Assembly: GCA_001818315.1 (NCBI GenBank)
Contig: MHKF01000018.1
Span: 325-64,324 of the forward strand
Direction: 5' to 3'
From: Candidatus Kerfeldbacteria bacterium RIFCSPLOWO2_02_FULL_42_19
Lineage (GTDB): Bacteria; Patescibacteriota; Patescibacteriia; HO2-48-17
DNA: 64,000 nt
The translations under genes were made by a program, and so were the position numbers. Shown here one piece after another: positions 28,217 to 38,268 of the stretch (its first letter is position 1; each line of letters starts with the position of its first letter). Under the pieces are notes generated by a model. That model searched no databases. It was given only the letters and a program-made list of their open reading frames with translations, and was not told the DNA's origin.

Positions 28217-28848
28217 CATTGCTCAACACATATACCGTTTTGACATGCTTCATTTGCACGACACTTTCGGGCATGTTCGGCAACAACTACTTCGCCTTTG
28301 AGGCCGCAATCATATTGTACAAGTTCTCCGTTTCGACACGTATCTTCTTGATAGGCGCCAGTTGCTGGATTACCCACTTGCCCTTTTTCGCGTCGTTTAT
28401 TGAAAGGATCCGTATCTTTACAATCTTTTCCCGGGACATATTGTCCGGCACAAAAGGCTTCATCCCCATCCCAGGCGCATTCCTCGTTGCCCTTACAATG
28501 CGTGAGTACAGTATCTTCTTGTCCTCTTGTACAGATTCTTTCACCTACTCTTTTTGGTCCGCCACAAAAATCATTGTAGGTTGTACGAATTTTGCGAACT
28601 CGATCTTCCACTCGTACGAATCCTGGCACATATTTATCCGCTCCACCGTCGGAATCCGAACATAATATTCCGGCGTCTGTGTTTGGAATTCTGCCGCCGA
28701 TGAGTGCCGCCGCGATGGTGCTAAAGACCGACGTAAGTCCTATAATAACGCTCACAAAGACTATGACTTTTGGGAGGAGACCTATTTGATATTTTGTTTT
28801 TGTGAGTGTTTGCTGATTTTTTTCTTTGATTATTTTTCTTTTTGGCAT
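28216..28848 (-). CDS. Cys-rich secreted/membrane-anchored protein
   Basis: N-terminal TM. At least 16 Cys in the mature domain ('CSDSDGG...CGGP...CTRG...CKGNEECAWDGDEAFCAG...'). Confidence 0.5.
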   Translation of the reverse strand: MPKRKIIKEKNQQTLTKTKYQIGLLPKVIVFVSVIIGLTSVFSTIAAALIGGRIPNTDAGILCSDSDGGADKYVPGFVRVEDRVRKIRTTYNDFCGGPKRVGERICTRGQEDTVLTHCKGNEECAWDGDEAFCAGQYVPGKDCKDTDPFNKRREKGQVGNPATGAYQEDTCRNGELVQYDCGLKGEVVVAEHARKCRANEACQNGICVEQ

Positions 28849-28857
28849 ATTTTTTTT

Positions 28858-28892
28858 TGTTAACTTGATAATTCCGCGATCGCTTGCTGCGC
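28858..28892 (+). promoter_or_regulatory. Conserved 35-nt noncoding motif, copy 2
   Basis: tgttaacttgataattccgcgatcgcttgctgcg. Sits 10 nt from the start codon of the minus-strand Cys-rich gene. Confidence 0.3.
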
Positions 28893-28905
28893 GACGGTTT
28901 ATTTT

Positions 28906-30450
28906 TTAGAGAAAAATTTGGATAATCCCTTGCAATTTTGGTACATCACCGGAATACGTCCCGAGGAGGGTAAACATGAGTTCATGGAGTTTTGCGATCG
29001 CCTGTGAAGCCATGATCGCTGAGTCGGGCGGAGTAATTGTGACCGGTTCATTGTAATCAAAAACATTTGCTTTGATGTGAAAAGTCATGTCATTTCCGAC
29101 ACTTGGATCGTAATACTGAATCGTCGTGTCTAATTGATAAATAAAATTATCTTTCCCGATCCAGATTTCGACTGGAATATCCTGCGTGTGCGCCAGCACA
29201 TATTCAAAAATTTCCATCAAAGCAATCATTTGCGGATTATAAACGAGGTCTGATGCTTGATTGAGCGCTGCTTGCATTTCCTCCTGATTGATCACCGTGC
29301 GATAATGATCTGTTGTGACGCCATTGATAGTTTCTGCGCCGATGTATTCGGCTTCCTCGAGTGTGCCAAGGGCAGTATAAAGGATCCAATATTCGTTCAG
29401 CGCTTCTTTTGCTTGTGAGAGGTCAGGCATAGCCTCATCTTCGTAATATTCAGCAATTTCTTCATAGACGATTTTGAGCCATTTTCCACTGATGGACGTT
29501 CCCGTGATACCTTTCGCCGTGCTTATAAAATTATTAATCGCTGTGACATTCGTTTGCATACCATCTATTTTGAGGTAGGCAATTCCGTCAACGGTTTTTT
29601 CTTCTCCGCCGCCTTGCGCCGTCACTCCATTCGCATTGAGATTATAACTCACATCAAATTCAGAATCGGGATATAAAAATTCTTCTTGCTCGATTTTTCC
29701 CGTTCCATCGAGTTTCAGGTTCGCACGTGCAAGTCCCTTTGCGTCCATTGTGATGTTGAATCCAAAACCGAGCGAAGAAACTTTTTGCGAATTTTTATAA
29801 TTCGCACTCAGCATATCGAGCTCTGCATTCGTCAGATCACCGTCGTTTGCCAACGGCGCTTCTGTTGGTGCTGCCGTATTTGTTGATTCGATCGGAGGTT
29901 CTGTTGTTGTATTTGTGGATTCAGTTGGTGTCGGTTGTGTTATGTTCGTTTCAGTTGTTGCTTGTGTATTGCTGTTGATTTGTTCTGGCGCGGTATTTTG
30001 GTTTGCGTTTGTTGTCTGTGACAGTGTTTCGTTCGTTTGCGTTGCTCCTGTATTTTTATTATCATCCTGATTGAATACGATGTTAAAAATTCTTGTAAAT
30101 ATTCCCTGAACCTCGGTGCTACTTGTATTTGTCTCATTGTTTGGTGACGTACTATTGGTGTTAGATTGCGTTTGTGTGTTTTGATTTTCAGGTTCAGAAG
30201 ATTGCAAGGATTGAGGAGTAAAAGGCCATCGTTGCTGTGTGTACGCGAATACTCCATACGCACCAACGCCGAGTATGAACATGATTCCAAGAATTATACT
30301 TATCATGCGAGTTTTGCGATTCTTTTTTGTTGACGGTGTTTCAGGAAGGGGTATGTAAGGAAATGGGGCGTTTTCAGGTGGAATACCGCCTGGACCCATA
30401 TTTTGCGGCGGTACATATGTTGGGGTATTTGCGTTGTTTGTAAGATTCAT
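28906..30450 (-). CDS. Membrane-anchored low-complexity (Asn/Thr/Gln-rich) surface protein
   Basis: N-terminal TM 'MISIILGIMFILGVGAYGVFAY', long T/N/Q-rich region, structured C-terminal domain. Confidence 0.5.
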   Translation of the reverse strand: MNLTNNANTPTYVPPQNMGPGGIPPENAPFPYIPLPETPSTKKNRKTRMISIILGIMFILGVGAYGVFAYTQQRWPFTPQSLQSSEPENQNTQTQSNTNSTSPNNETNTSSTEVQGIFTRIFNIVFNQDDNKNTGATQTNETLSQTTNANQNTAPEQINSNTQATTETNITQPTPTESTNTTTEPPIESTNTAAPTEAPLANDGDLTNAELDMLSANYKNSQKVSSLGFGFNITMDAKGLARANLKLDGTGKIEQEEFLYPDSEFDVSYNLNANGVTAQGGGEEKTVDGIAYLKIDGMQTNVTAINNFISTAKGITGTSISGKWLKIVYEEIAEYYEDEAMPDLSQAKEALNEYWILYTALGTLEEAEYIGAETINGVTTDHYRTVINQEEMQAALNQASDLVYNPQMIALMEIFEYVLAHTQDIPVEIWIGKDNFIYQLDTTIQYYDPSVGNDMTFHIKANVFDYNEPVTITPPDSAIMASQAIAKLHELMFTLLGTYSGDVPKLQGIIQIFL

Positions 30451-30523
30451 ATGCGTTATTCCTCTATTTTATTTCCAATGCTATAATTTTATATTATACA
30501 ATACTTTTCATTTGCGCACGATT

Positions 30524-31309
30524 ATGTTTAGCGGTTTGCTTTCAAAATACCTTAATCTTGATCAGTTTTCTACACATCATATTGTCAATAAACTGGCTTA
30601 TCAAGCGATTTTTCAGCGGCGTCGCTTCAGTTTTATGCATTTTCCAAGTCTGTCAGATATCCAAACCTATGAAGGATATCGAGGTCCTGATGGTTTATGG
30701 ATAAGAAAACAAATGCCGACCTCACAGCATGCTTATAATCCGGTCAACGGTGAGGGTAATGCTTTGTCTGTTATTAGTAGCGAGTATGATCTTTTGCAGT
30801 CGAGTCTTACAAACGATCCTCGTACTGCGGCGCGCTCTGCGGCGTATTTGTCGCATTTCATTGTTGATGCCTTGGATCCAGCACATCATATCGGCAACTT
30901 TAAATCTCGTGACCCTGTACCTGTATACGATGATTGGTCCGACCCGTTTTTAGATATGCGCCAATCTTTCTGGAAAAATATTCGAAATCGACATTTCTTT
31001 TTTGAATTGTGTTCAGCTTTCTATTTGTGGCGTAGTCAGCATCTTTTTTTGCGTGTCCCAAGACGACCTCTTCAATTCAGGCACAAAAAATTTTACAAGC
31101 CACAACTTCTTCTCCTTTTTAAGAAGCGTGTACAATACGTCCATCGCTTTCGCATCTACGAGCGTTTTTTCATTCGTCGACATCGAATACAAGTCAAACG
31201 TCAAATACTCTCATTTTTATTTCCGCTGATGATTCGGTCTGTGAGTTTATTTTGGATGCATGCAATTCAACAAGCGTCCTTAGGTCGTAAAACCCATGTT
31301 TTGAGGTAA
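30524..31309 (+). CDS. Zinc-dependent phospholipase C / S1-P1 nuclease-superfamily protein, C-terminal part possibly degenerate
   Basis: 'STHHIVNKLAYQAIF' and 'AAYLSHFIVDALDPAHHIGNF' parallel B. cereus PLC 'NSHLWIVNRAIDIM' and 'LHYLGDVNQPMHAANF'. The last ~100 codons are Arg/Phe-rich and look non-native. Confidence 0.4.
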   Translation: MFSGLLSKYLNLDQFSTHHIVNKLAYQAIFQRRRFSFMHFPSLSDIQTYEGYRGPDGLWIRKQMPTSQHAYNPVNGEGNALSVISSEYDLLQSSLTNDPRTAARSAAYLSHFIVDALDPAHHIGNFKSRDPVPVYDDWSDPFLDMRQSFWKNIRNRHFFFELCSAFYLWRSQHLFLRVPRRPLQFRHKKFYKPQLLLLFKKRVQYVHRFRIYERFFIRRHRIQVKRQILSFLFPLMIRSVSLFWMHAIQQASLGRKTHVLR

Positions 31310-31350
31310 AGCAAATTCGTCACGAAAGATTATTCAGGGACAAGTCTATT

Positions 31351-32223
31351 ATGCAGAGCATGAGTTTGATTGTGAATCTTTACGCAGGTCGGGGGCGTAT
31401 GTTCCCATCGATGTTACCCGAACTACAAAAACGTTTGACAAAGCGATATCGGGAAATTCGTGTTTTTTATTCTCAGCAGAAAGGTGACGTTACTTTGCTT
31501 GCGCGAAAAATAGCGAAGACAACTGATGTTGTTGTCGCATGTGGAGGTGACGGTACTGTGAATGAAGTGCTCAACGGAATTATGGATACGCGCGTAGTTT
31601 TTGGTTTACTCCCTTTTGGAACGACGAATGTTTTTGCGCACGAGCTTGGTATCGGTCATGATGTACAGAAAGCGTGTCAAGCGCTTTTTCAAAAGCAAAT
31701 ACGTCGTATTGATGTTGGTTGTGCGAACGGACGTTTTTTTATTCTTTGGTGCGGTGTAGGTCTTGACGCCTATGTTATTCAAAGAGTTCAGCCGTGGCTG
31801 AAAAGAATGTTTGGACCCATTGCTTTTGATATTACGATTTTACGAAAGATTTTTTTTCTCAAAGCTCAGAAATTGCGTATCGTTCTTGACGATCGTGCAC
31901 CAATGTCAGGTTGTTTCGTTGTTGTGACGAATACGAAATTGTATGGTGGAAGACTTGTTGCACCTGATGCGCAATTGGATGACGGATTGTTTAATGTTCT
32001 GATAGTACGCAAAGGTGATATGTTCAGTCTTTTTCGTAATTACCTTGGTGTCTCACGCAAATCCCATCCGAGATTCGTTAATGTTGAAAATTTTCCGGCG
32101 CGTCATGTTCGTATTGAAGCAGTGACCCACGCTCTTGCGCAAGTTGATGGCGAAATTATGGGTCCTGCGCCAGTGGATATTTCTATTCGTTCCAAAGTTT
32201 TACCTGTGCTTGTGTCTGAATAA
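31351..32223 (+). CDS. Diacylglycerol/lipid kinase catalytic-domain protein (YegS/DgkB-like)
   Basis: 'VVACGGDGTVNEVLNGI', 'LPFGTTNVFA'. Confidence 0.8.
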   Translation: MQSMSLIVNLYAGRGRMFPSMLPELQKRLTKRYREIRVFYSQQKGDVTLLARKIAKTTDVVVACGGDGTVNEVLNGIMDTRVVFGLLPFGTTNVFAHELGIGHDVQKACQALFQKQIRRIDVGCANGRFFILWCGVGLDAYVIQRVQPWLKRMFGPIAFDITILRKIFFLKAQKLRIVLDDRAPMSGCFVVVTNTKLYGGRLVAPDAQLDDGLFNVLIVRKGDMFSLFRNYLGVSRKSHPRFVNVENFPARHVRIEAVTHALAQVDGEIMGPAPVDISIRSKVLPVLVSE

Positions 32224-32264
32224 ATGCGGGGGTTTGAACTTCTCACTGATTATGCAACACATCT

Positions 32265-33422
32265 ATGAATCGGCAGCCGATATATCTTGATTACGCAGCA
32301 GCGACTCCGGTCGCACCGGAAGTTTCTCAACATATGCAGAATTTGTCGCGAGAAATTTTTGCGAATCCGTCGAGTTCCCATGTTTTTGGACGCAAGGCGC
32401 GACAGATTATTGATGATGCACGAGCGCACATTGCTACTATTTTGCATTGTGAAGTGAGCGAAATTTATTTTACTCATAGTGCTACTGAAGCTAATAATCT
32501 TGCTTTGCGCGGTATTGCCTACGCGGCGCGTAGACAGTATCACCGCAATCATATTGTTGTTTCTGCTGTCGAACACAGTTCTATTTTGCAAACAGCTAAA
32601 GCCTTGGAACATGAAGATTTTCGTGTTACGTACCTTCCTGTGGATCGTTATGGTGTTGTTCAGGAGGACGCGCTTGTGAGTGCAATTTCACACGATACAA
32701 ACTTGGTAAGTATTATGATTGCGAATAACGAAGTTGGTACGATTCAACCTATTCAGTCGTATGTCGCGCTTGTCCGTACATGTGCGCCTTATGTTGCATT
32801 TCACACGGATGCAGTACAATGGCCCGGTTTTGGCACATTGAATACTCAATCACTTGGTATTGATGCCATGACCCTCAGCGGCGCAAAAATATACGGACCA
32901 CCGGATTGTAGTATGTTATTTGTGCGAAACGGTATCGCTTGCGACCCACTCCTTTTTGGTGGAAGACAGGAACATGGATTATGGCCTGGCACGGAACACG
33001 CTGTGAGTATCGCTGGCTTTGCATATGCTTTGGAACTCGCGGAAGCACGGCGATCGGCAGCGGATTCTTTCCACGCACGTCGCAATATATTTCTTGAGAC
33101 TTTACGATCTCATGTCTCAGATTGTGTTGTTAATGGACATCAGGACAATATACTTCCTCATATCGTGCATCTGACGTTTCCGGGTGTTGATCAGGATGCG
33201 CTGTTGGTTGCACTCGATCAGGTTGGTCTTGCTGTTTCTGGAGGAGCAGCCTGTGATGCTGGCGCGCAGAGAATTTCGCATGTCATCGAGGCGTTGCATC
33301 TTCCGAAACTTTTCAAGCAAGCGCATATGCGTTTGAGTTTTGGTATCTCGACTTCCGAAAAGGAATTGCGAGAAGCCGCTGAACGCATTGTGCAAGTCGT
33401 TTCGCAACTTCGTTCCACATAG
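32265..33422 (+). CDS. Cysteine desulfurase (class V aminotransferase, NifS/IscS-like)
   Basis: 'IYLDYAAATP', PLP-Lys region 'TLSGAKIYGP', 'HTDAVQ'. Confidence 0.85.
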   Translation: MNRQPIYLDYAAATPVAPEVSQHMQNLSREIFANPSSSHVFGRKARQIIDDARAHIATILHCEVSEIYFTHSATEANNLALRGIAYAARRQYHRNHIVVSAVEHSSILQTAKALEHEDFRVTYLPVDRYGVVQEDALVSAISHDTNLVSIMIANNEVGTIQPIQSYVALVRTCAPYVAFHTDAVQWPGFGTLNTQSLGIDAMTLSGAKIYGPPDCSMLFVRNGIACDPLLFGGRQEHGLWPGTEHAVSIAGFAYALELAEARRSAADSFHARRNIFLETLRSHVSDCVVNGHQDNILPHIVHLTFPGVDQDALLVALDQVGLAVSGGAACDAGAQRISHVIEALHLPKLFKQAHMRLSFGISTSEKELREAAERIVQVVSQLRST

Positions 33423-33433
33423 CTTTCCTTTGA

Positions 33434-34174
33434 TTGATTTGTTATACTATCTCTATGCTGAAGGTAAAGAAAAATAGAGGCATTTATCCTTCCACGGGCG
33501 GCAAAATTTTATTTTCCAGCTTACGCAGTAATGTCACCTGGATGGTTTTTCGAATTATGTCCGAGTTCGTCAGCGGTTTTGAATTCTTGTCAAAACTCAA
33601 ACACGAAGTCAGTTTTTTTGGATCGGCGCGTTTTCCCGAACACAATGTTCATTATCAAGAAGCTAGGCAACTCGCACGCATGTTAAATCGCGCCGGGTAT
33701 ACGATTATTACAGGCGGTGGCGCTGGGATTATGGAAGCGGGAAATCGCGGCGCTGTCGAAGGCCATGGCAAAGGCGAATCAGTAGGTATTAACATTCAGC
33801 TTCCAAAAGAGCAACGTACCAATCCTTATGTTCGTAAATCCATGGCATTTAGTTTCTTTTTTACACGCAAGGTTATGCTTTCAGCTTCGTCACAGGCATA
33901 TGTTTTTTTTCCTGGCGGCTTCGGAACGCTTGATGAATTTTTTGAAATGTTGAATCTGATACAGACACGCAAAATCGAACCAGTGAAACTTATCCTGATT
34001 GGTAAAGATTTTTGGCAACCCCTTTTGGATTGGATTACAAAAGTGATGTATACGCAACACAAAGCGATTTCAAAACAGGACATGCGTATTTATTCTGTGG
34101 CTTCAGATATTCATGATGCTTTTCGAATCATTCGTTCTTCTCACGAGCGGGCGTATGTGAATCGTGAACATTAA
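33434..34174 (+). CDS. LOG-family (TIGR00730) Rossmann-fold nucleotide-binding protein
   Basis: 'VSFFGSAR', 'IITGGGAGIMEAGNRGA', 'FFPGGFGTLDEFFE'. Confidence 0.8.
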   Translation: MICYTISMLKVKKNRGIYPSTGGKILFSSLRSNVTWMVFRIMSEFVSGFEFLSKLKHEVSFFGSARFPEHNVHYQEARQLARMLNRAGYTIITGGGAGIMEAGNRGAVEGHGKGESVGINIQLPKEQRTNPYVRKSMAFSFFFTRKVMLSASSQAYVFFPGGFGTLDEFFEMLNLIQTRKIEPVKLILIGKDFWQPLLDWITKVMYTQHKAISKQDMRIYSVASDIHDAFRIIRSSHERAYVNREH

Positions 34175-34180
34175 GATCTT

Positions 34181-35218
34181 TTGTGTTATAATAGATTTGT
34201 TCTCGAGTTATCAACACTATTCTATTCTATGTTTGAAAATACACAAAAACCAAGACAAAATCCATCATCTCAATCATATCCGCAAGACACGGGCATGTCT
34301 TCACAACAACTCCCGAGACCGGGTATCCAGCAATCCTCGGTACGTTCAGCGGCAGAAGATATTTTTGCGGAAACAAGTGACATGACTCCGCAGTCACCGC
34401 AATTTGTTTCGCAACCAGATCTTTCTTCGCGAGGACAAGGCGCTGAGTCACTTTCCCCAGGACCAACTTCTCAGCCAATGGCAACAGCACCAGCCGGCGC
34501 TGGTGTTACGGGAACCTCTGCCGGGAGTTCTGGTCTTACACCACCTGGCACACCTCAAAATCCTTTTGTGCCTGTTCAACCCGGTAACATACCTTCCTCA
34601 TCTTTACCGTTAGGGAGTAGAGCTTTAAGTCGGAGTCAAAAAATTATTTTGGTTTTAGTAGGTATTTTTGTCGTAGGAATATTGCTTGCGGGAGGATTTT
34701 TCCTTTACATTTATATTCAAAAACGTGCACAGCCGGACGTCCCCATTGATGCTATGGGTCTGAATGTGAATGCTTTGCGTAATCAAGCATTACAGAATGC
34801 GAATGAGAGTAGTGCCGGGAACGCGAACGTCAACACAAATCGCGCTGTAGGCACCGTCAATACGAATATTCCTGTGATCAATCTCAATCAAAACACGAAT
34901 CGTTCGACGCAAAATGCGAATCAAAATGTGAATGCGAATGAACTTGTAAATGCTTTTCTGAACACTAATACGACGAGTAATGCTAATGCTGCGGGTAATA
35001 CGAATGCCGTTACGAATACCTCTAGAAATAGCAATACGAATACGACGCCTTCAGCTACGAGCGATTTGGATGCTGACGGACTTCTGTATGAAGCAGAAAT
35101 GAAATATGGAACTGATCCTAATAATGCTGATAGCGATAAGGATGGGTATCTCGATGGCGAAGAAGTTGAGAATGGATATGATCCATTAGGTCCAGGAAAA
35201 CTCAAAACTACAAAATAA
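34181..35218 (+). CDS. Low-complexity surface protein with TM and C-terminal TSP3-like Ca-binding motif
   Basis: P/S/T/Q-rich N-terminus, TM 'IILVLVGIFVVGILLAGGFFLYI', N/T-rich region, 'DLDADGLLYEAEMKYGTDPNNADSDKDGYLDGEEV'. Confidence 0.45.
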   Translation: MCYNRFVLELSTLFYSMFENTQKPRQNPSSQSYPQDTGMSSQQLPRPGIQQSSVRSAAEDIFAETSDMTPQSPQFVSQPDLSSRGQGAESLSPGPTSQPMATAPAGAGVTGTSAGSSGLTPPGTPQNPFVPVQPGNIPSSSLPLGSRALSRSQKIILVLVGIFVVGILLAGGFFLYIYIQKRAQPDVPIDAMGLNVNALRNQALQNANESSAGNANVNTNRAVGTVNTNIPVINLNQNTNRSTQNANQNVNANELVNAFLNTNTTSNANAAGNTNAVTNTSRNSNTNTTPSATSDLDADGLLYEAEMKYGTDPNNADSDKDGYLDGEEVENGYDPLGPGKLKTTK

Positions 35219-35221
35219 AGA

Positions 35222-36502
35222 GTGCGTATGTTACGACGCTGGATAAGCACTCTAGGCAGTTTCTTTATTATAGGATGTTTTTTGTTACCTTTGCCTCTCA
35301 AAGCAGAGACAATTTTATATTCTGTTTTTTTGGACTCCTCAACGCTTGCACAAGGTTATGCTTTAGAATATGCAGATGTCACTATCGATATCCCTCCTGG
35401 TATTTTCACCGAAGCATTAGAAGCGAAAATTAAAAGACCTTCAGAAAAAGATATTCCTCCATTCCCAGCGCACAAAACATTGGTGAGTGAAGTATATATT
35501 TACGATATTCGTATGCAGAGCCCACAGATTTTAAAGAAACCGGTAGGTGTGACACTTGGCGTTCAAAGTAACACTTCCGCTATGAAGCGTCTTTATTTTT
35601 TTGATCGGAATGTTTCACAATGGGTTTCCATGCCATCGAAATTTAATTCCACAACGCATAGCATTCATTCATCTTTACCTTTTCCGTATTCACTCATCGC
35701 TGTGTTCGAGGATGCTCAGACATCTGGTGCGCCTGCACTAGAAAAAGATGCGTTATGGTCACAATATGATAGCGCCGCTTTTTCGGTGCTCGATCGGCGT
35801 ACGAAACGTGTGCTGTATGAAAAACAAAGTTATGTCGTGCGACCTATGGCTTCATTGACTAAACTTATGACAGCACTTGTTGCGCTCGAACAAGGTTTTG
35901 ATTTTAAACAGGTCGCAACGTATGATGCGAGTTGCGATCGGATTGGATCTCGATTGAATGTAAAGTCAGGAGAAACTTTGTATGTGCGAGATTTGTGGTA
36001 TACGATGCTTGCGGGTTCTGCAAATAATGCCGCGGTGTGTTTTGTACGTGCGTTAGGTTTTGACGAAAAGACGTTTGTTCGCACAATGAATGCCAAAGCG
36101 AATCAACTTGGACTTATACATACGCATTTTGTCGATGCAACCGGTCTTTCTGAAGAAAATGTTACGACAGCTGCAGAATTTGCTGTGATCGTCAGTGAAG
36201 CCTCGCGGTATTTCAAAGTATTGCAGGCGACGACTGTTCCAGCATATCGTTTTACTACTCTCAATCGCGGTATTCCACATACTATTCGGAATACGAATCG
36301 TTTTCTTTTTAACCTTGAATATCGCATTACCGCCGCGAAGACCGGTTATACTGATGAAGCACTCTACACGCAGGTGATCGCGGCAAAAAATGAACAAGGT
36401 GATGAAATCATTGTAGTATTGCTCGGTAATCCCAGCTGGCAGGATCGGTATGACGAAACAAAGCAACTTGTGCGAGAGACCTTCCAAAATTATCGTTGGT
36501 AA
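35222..36502 (+). CDS. D-alanyl-D-alanine carboxypeptidase (S11 serine peptidase, PBP5/6-like)
   Basis: SxxK 'ASLTKLM', SxN 'SANNAA', KTG 'KTGYT'. Confidence 0.85.
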   Translation: MRMLRRWISTLGSFFIIGCFLLPLPLKAETILYSVFLDSSTLAQGYALEYADVTIDIPPGIFTEALEAKIKRPSEKDIPPFPAHKTLVSEVYIYDIRMQSPQILKKPVGVTLGVQSNTSAMKRLYFFDRNVSQWVSMPSKFNSTTHSIHSSLPFPYSLIAVFEDAQTSGAPALEKDALWSQYDSAAFSVLDRRTKRVLYEKQSYVVRPMASLTKLMTALVALEQGFDFKQVATYDASCDRIGSRLNVKSGETLYVRDLWYTMLAGSANNAAVCFVRALGFDEKTFVRTMNAKANQLGLIHTHFVDATGLSEENVTTAAEFAVIVSEASRYFKVLQATTVPAYRFTTLNRGIPHTIRNTNRFLFNLEYRITAAKTGYTDEALYTQVIAAKNEQGDEIIVVLLGNPSWQDRYDETKQLVRETFQNYRW

Positions 36503-36606
36503 GTTGAGTTGAGCATAGAATGCCTTTTGGTGTTGATTTTATTTTAAAATTCCGTACACTGTACAAAGCTTTGTAATGTGTATACAACCTGAAAGGGGGT
36601 GATGAC

Positions 36607-37239
36607 ATGTATAAGGTTGGAATTTGTGGCGGAAGTTGCGCTGGGAAATTGAAAGTTGTGCACGCTTTGTCTGGATTTTTGGGGCAAGAGTGCTTTGTTA
36701 TTTCGCAAGATCAATACTATCGCGATCTTGCGCATTTGCCTCCTGCGGAGCGTGCAAAGATGAATTTCGATCATCCTAATGCTATTGAATGGCAACTCCT
36801 CCTTTCCGATCTTGCGCAATTGGAGGCTGGGTGTATTGTGCATCCACCGCTTTATGATTTTTCTACGCATAGTCGTAGATCAGTGAGTCAGGAGATCACA
36901 CCGCGGCCGATTCTTTTGCTGGAAGGGCATTTACTATTTACCAGCCCTATCTTCGCACATTTGGATTTGAAGATTTTCGTCTACGCACCTGCTGCTGTTC
37001 GATTGCAACGCAGACTTGCTCGTGATATTCAGGAACGCGGTCGGACAGCAGAAAGTATCAAAAAGCAGTGGAATATGACGGTACTTCCGATGCATCAGAA
37101 GTTTGTGGAACCGTATATGATGACCGCTGATTTTATTATTCCTAACATCGGGGATTTTAATTCTGCTCCGTTATGTCTCCTTGCTGATGGCATGAAGCAG
37201 TCTTTGCATCGTGTACCTCCTGAGCTTGTGATGCTTTGA
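36607..37239 (+). CDS. udk: Uridine kinase
   Basis: P-loop 'GICGGSCAGK', 'ISQDQYY', 'NFDHPNA'. Confidence 0.75.
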   Translation: MYKVGICGGSCAGKLKVVHALSGFLGQECFVISQDQYYRDLAHLPPAERAKMNFDHPNAIEWQLLLSDLAQLEAGCIVHPPLYDFSTHSRRSVSQEITPRPILLLEGHLLFTSPIFAHLDLKIFVYAPAAVRLQRRLARDIQERGRTAESIKKQWNMTVLPMHQKFVEPYMMTADFIIPNIGDFNSAPLCLLADGMKQSLHRVPPELVML

Positions 37240-37261
37240 GTTTTTTTCAGTTCTCTTTTGT

Positions 37262-37310
37262 GAGTTCCAAGTCTTGCGGTTATGACATGACTTGGAACTT
37301 GTTGTTTTTA
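37262..37310 (+). terminator. Rho-independent terminator after udk
   Basis: gagttccaagtc-ttgcggttatgacat-gacttggaactt followed by gttgttttta. Confidence 0.5.
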
Positions 37311-37364
37311 GGGTCTGTCGCTGAATGCGATTTCGTAGGCGAAAGCGTATTCAGCGACAGACCC
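37311..37364. repeat. MITE-like element, copy 7 (minimal: two arms only)
   Basis: GGGTCTGTCGCTGAATGCG-atttcgtaggc-GAAAGCGTATTCAGCGACAGACCC. Confidence 0.65.
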
Positions 37365-37482
37365 TAAAATTTTTGACAGCTTTTTGACCTTTTGCTATGG
37401 TAGTGCGTTCAGCGTGCTGGTTTTTACCTTTTTGTTGGGTAAACACGTTGAATATTTGACAATCTAACAATGGAGAGGTCAC

Positions 37483-38268
37483 ATGACAGAACAGGTTCAG
37501 TGTCCATCAAGACCGCTCTTTGTGCATGTCACACTTTCGTGGCTTGCGACACTCAGTGTCGCGGATTTGAGGAAAGCCGTGTACATGCACAATGGCGATC
37601 GCGCAGTCGTCATTCGCATCGGGAGTCTCAGTGGACGCGTAGGAGCGTTCATGCTCTACGATCACCGCGCTTTCAGCGTTACGACGGTTCGCATGTCGTG
37701 TCACGATTTGGAATGGCAGCGCAGTGTTCTCGTCGCTCTCGGACAGCCAGCGTTGGCTACTTGGAAGCAAACGCAGCACGGCATCGTGATCCAGTTGAAT
37801 TTTCCTGGCGAAACCCTCGCTCAGTATTCCGTGCCAGCAATCTGCCTTTCGGTTTATTGGCTTCCAAAGGGTGCGGTACAGCACAATGAAGCGCTCTGGC
37901 ACTGGAGTACGCTCGGCAGCGGAGTGATTCCGTCAGAGTTTCGTCTGTTTCTCACAGACGATCAACACACCGTGATTGGCCGCGGGCAGGAATACTCCTT
38001 CGAGGCATCAGATCGGGTGCGGCCGGTCTGGAAAGCAGACAAACGTCGCAGGAAGCATGTGGTGCCTGGACCCGCGTTTCAAAAGTCGAAGTCCGAGTCT
38101 GTAGCGCTCGTTCCCATCGTCGAAACGACCCCAGTAGTTCCACTGAGTAACGATCTTCCGAATTCCAGATCTTCAACTCCAGAATTAGCTTCCTGTATTG
38201 CACTGGAGCGGGTTCTCCCCTCGGTTGAGGCACTCCTTCCATGGCGACCAGAACAGCCAGCAGACTGA
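37483..38268 (+). CDS. Hypothetical protein encoded in a GC-rich (apparently foreign) island
   Basis: GGAGAGG RBS 4 nt upstream of the ATG. This is the longest ORF in a roughly 1.1-kb segment whose GC content is far above the surroundings. Overlapping ORFs on both strands are probably artefacts of high GC. Confidence 0.35.
   Translation: MTEQVQCPSRPLFVHVTLSWLATLSVADLRKAVYMHNGDRAVVIRIGSLSGRVGAFMLYDHRAFSVTTVRMSCHDLEWQRSVLVALGQPALATWKQTQHGIVIQLNFPGETLAQYSVPAICLSVYWLPKGAVQHNEALWHWSTLGSGVIPSEFRLFLTDDQHTVIGRGQEYSFEASDRVRPVWKADKRRRKHVVPGPAFQKSKSESVALVPIVETTPVVPLSNDLPNSRSSTPELASCIALERVLPSVEALLPWRPEQPAD

Noticed and set aside
30729-31229. Track ORFs 30729..30953 and 31002..31229 as separate genes
   Set aside because: They overlap the PLC-like gene in other frames, have odd composition, and lack RBSs.
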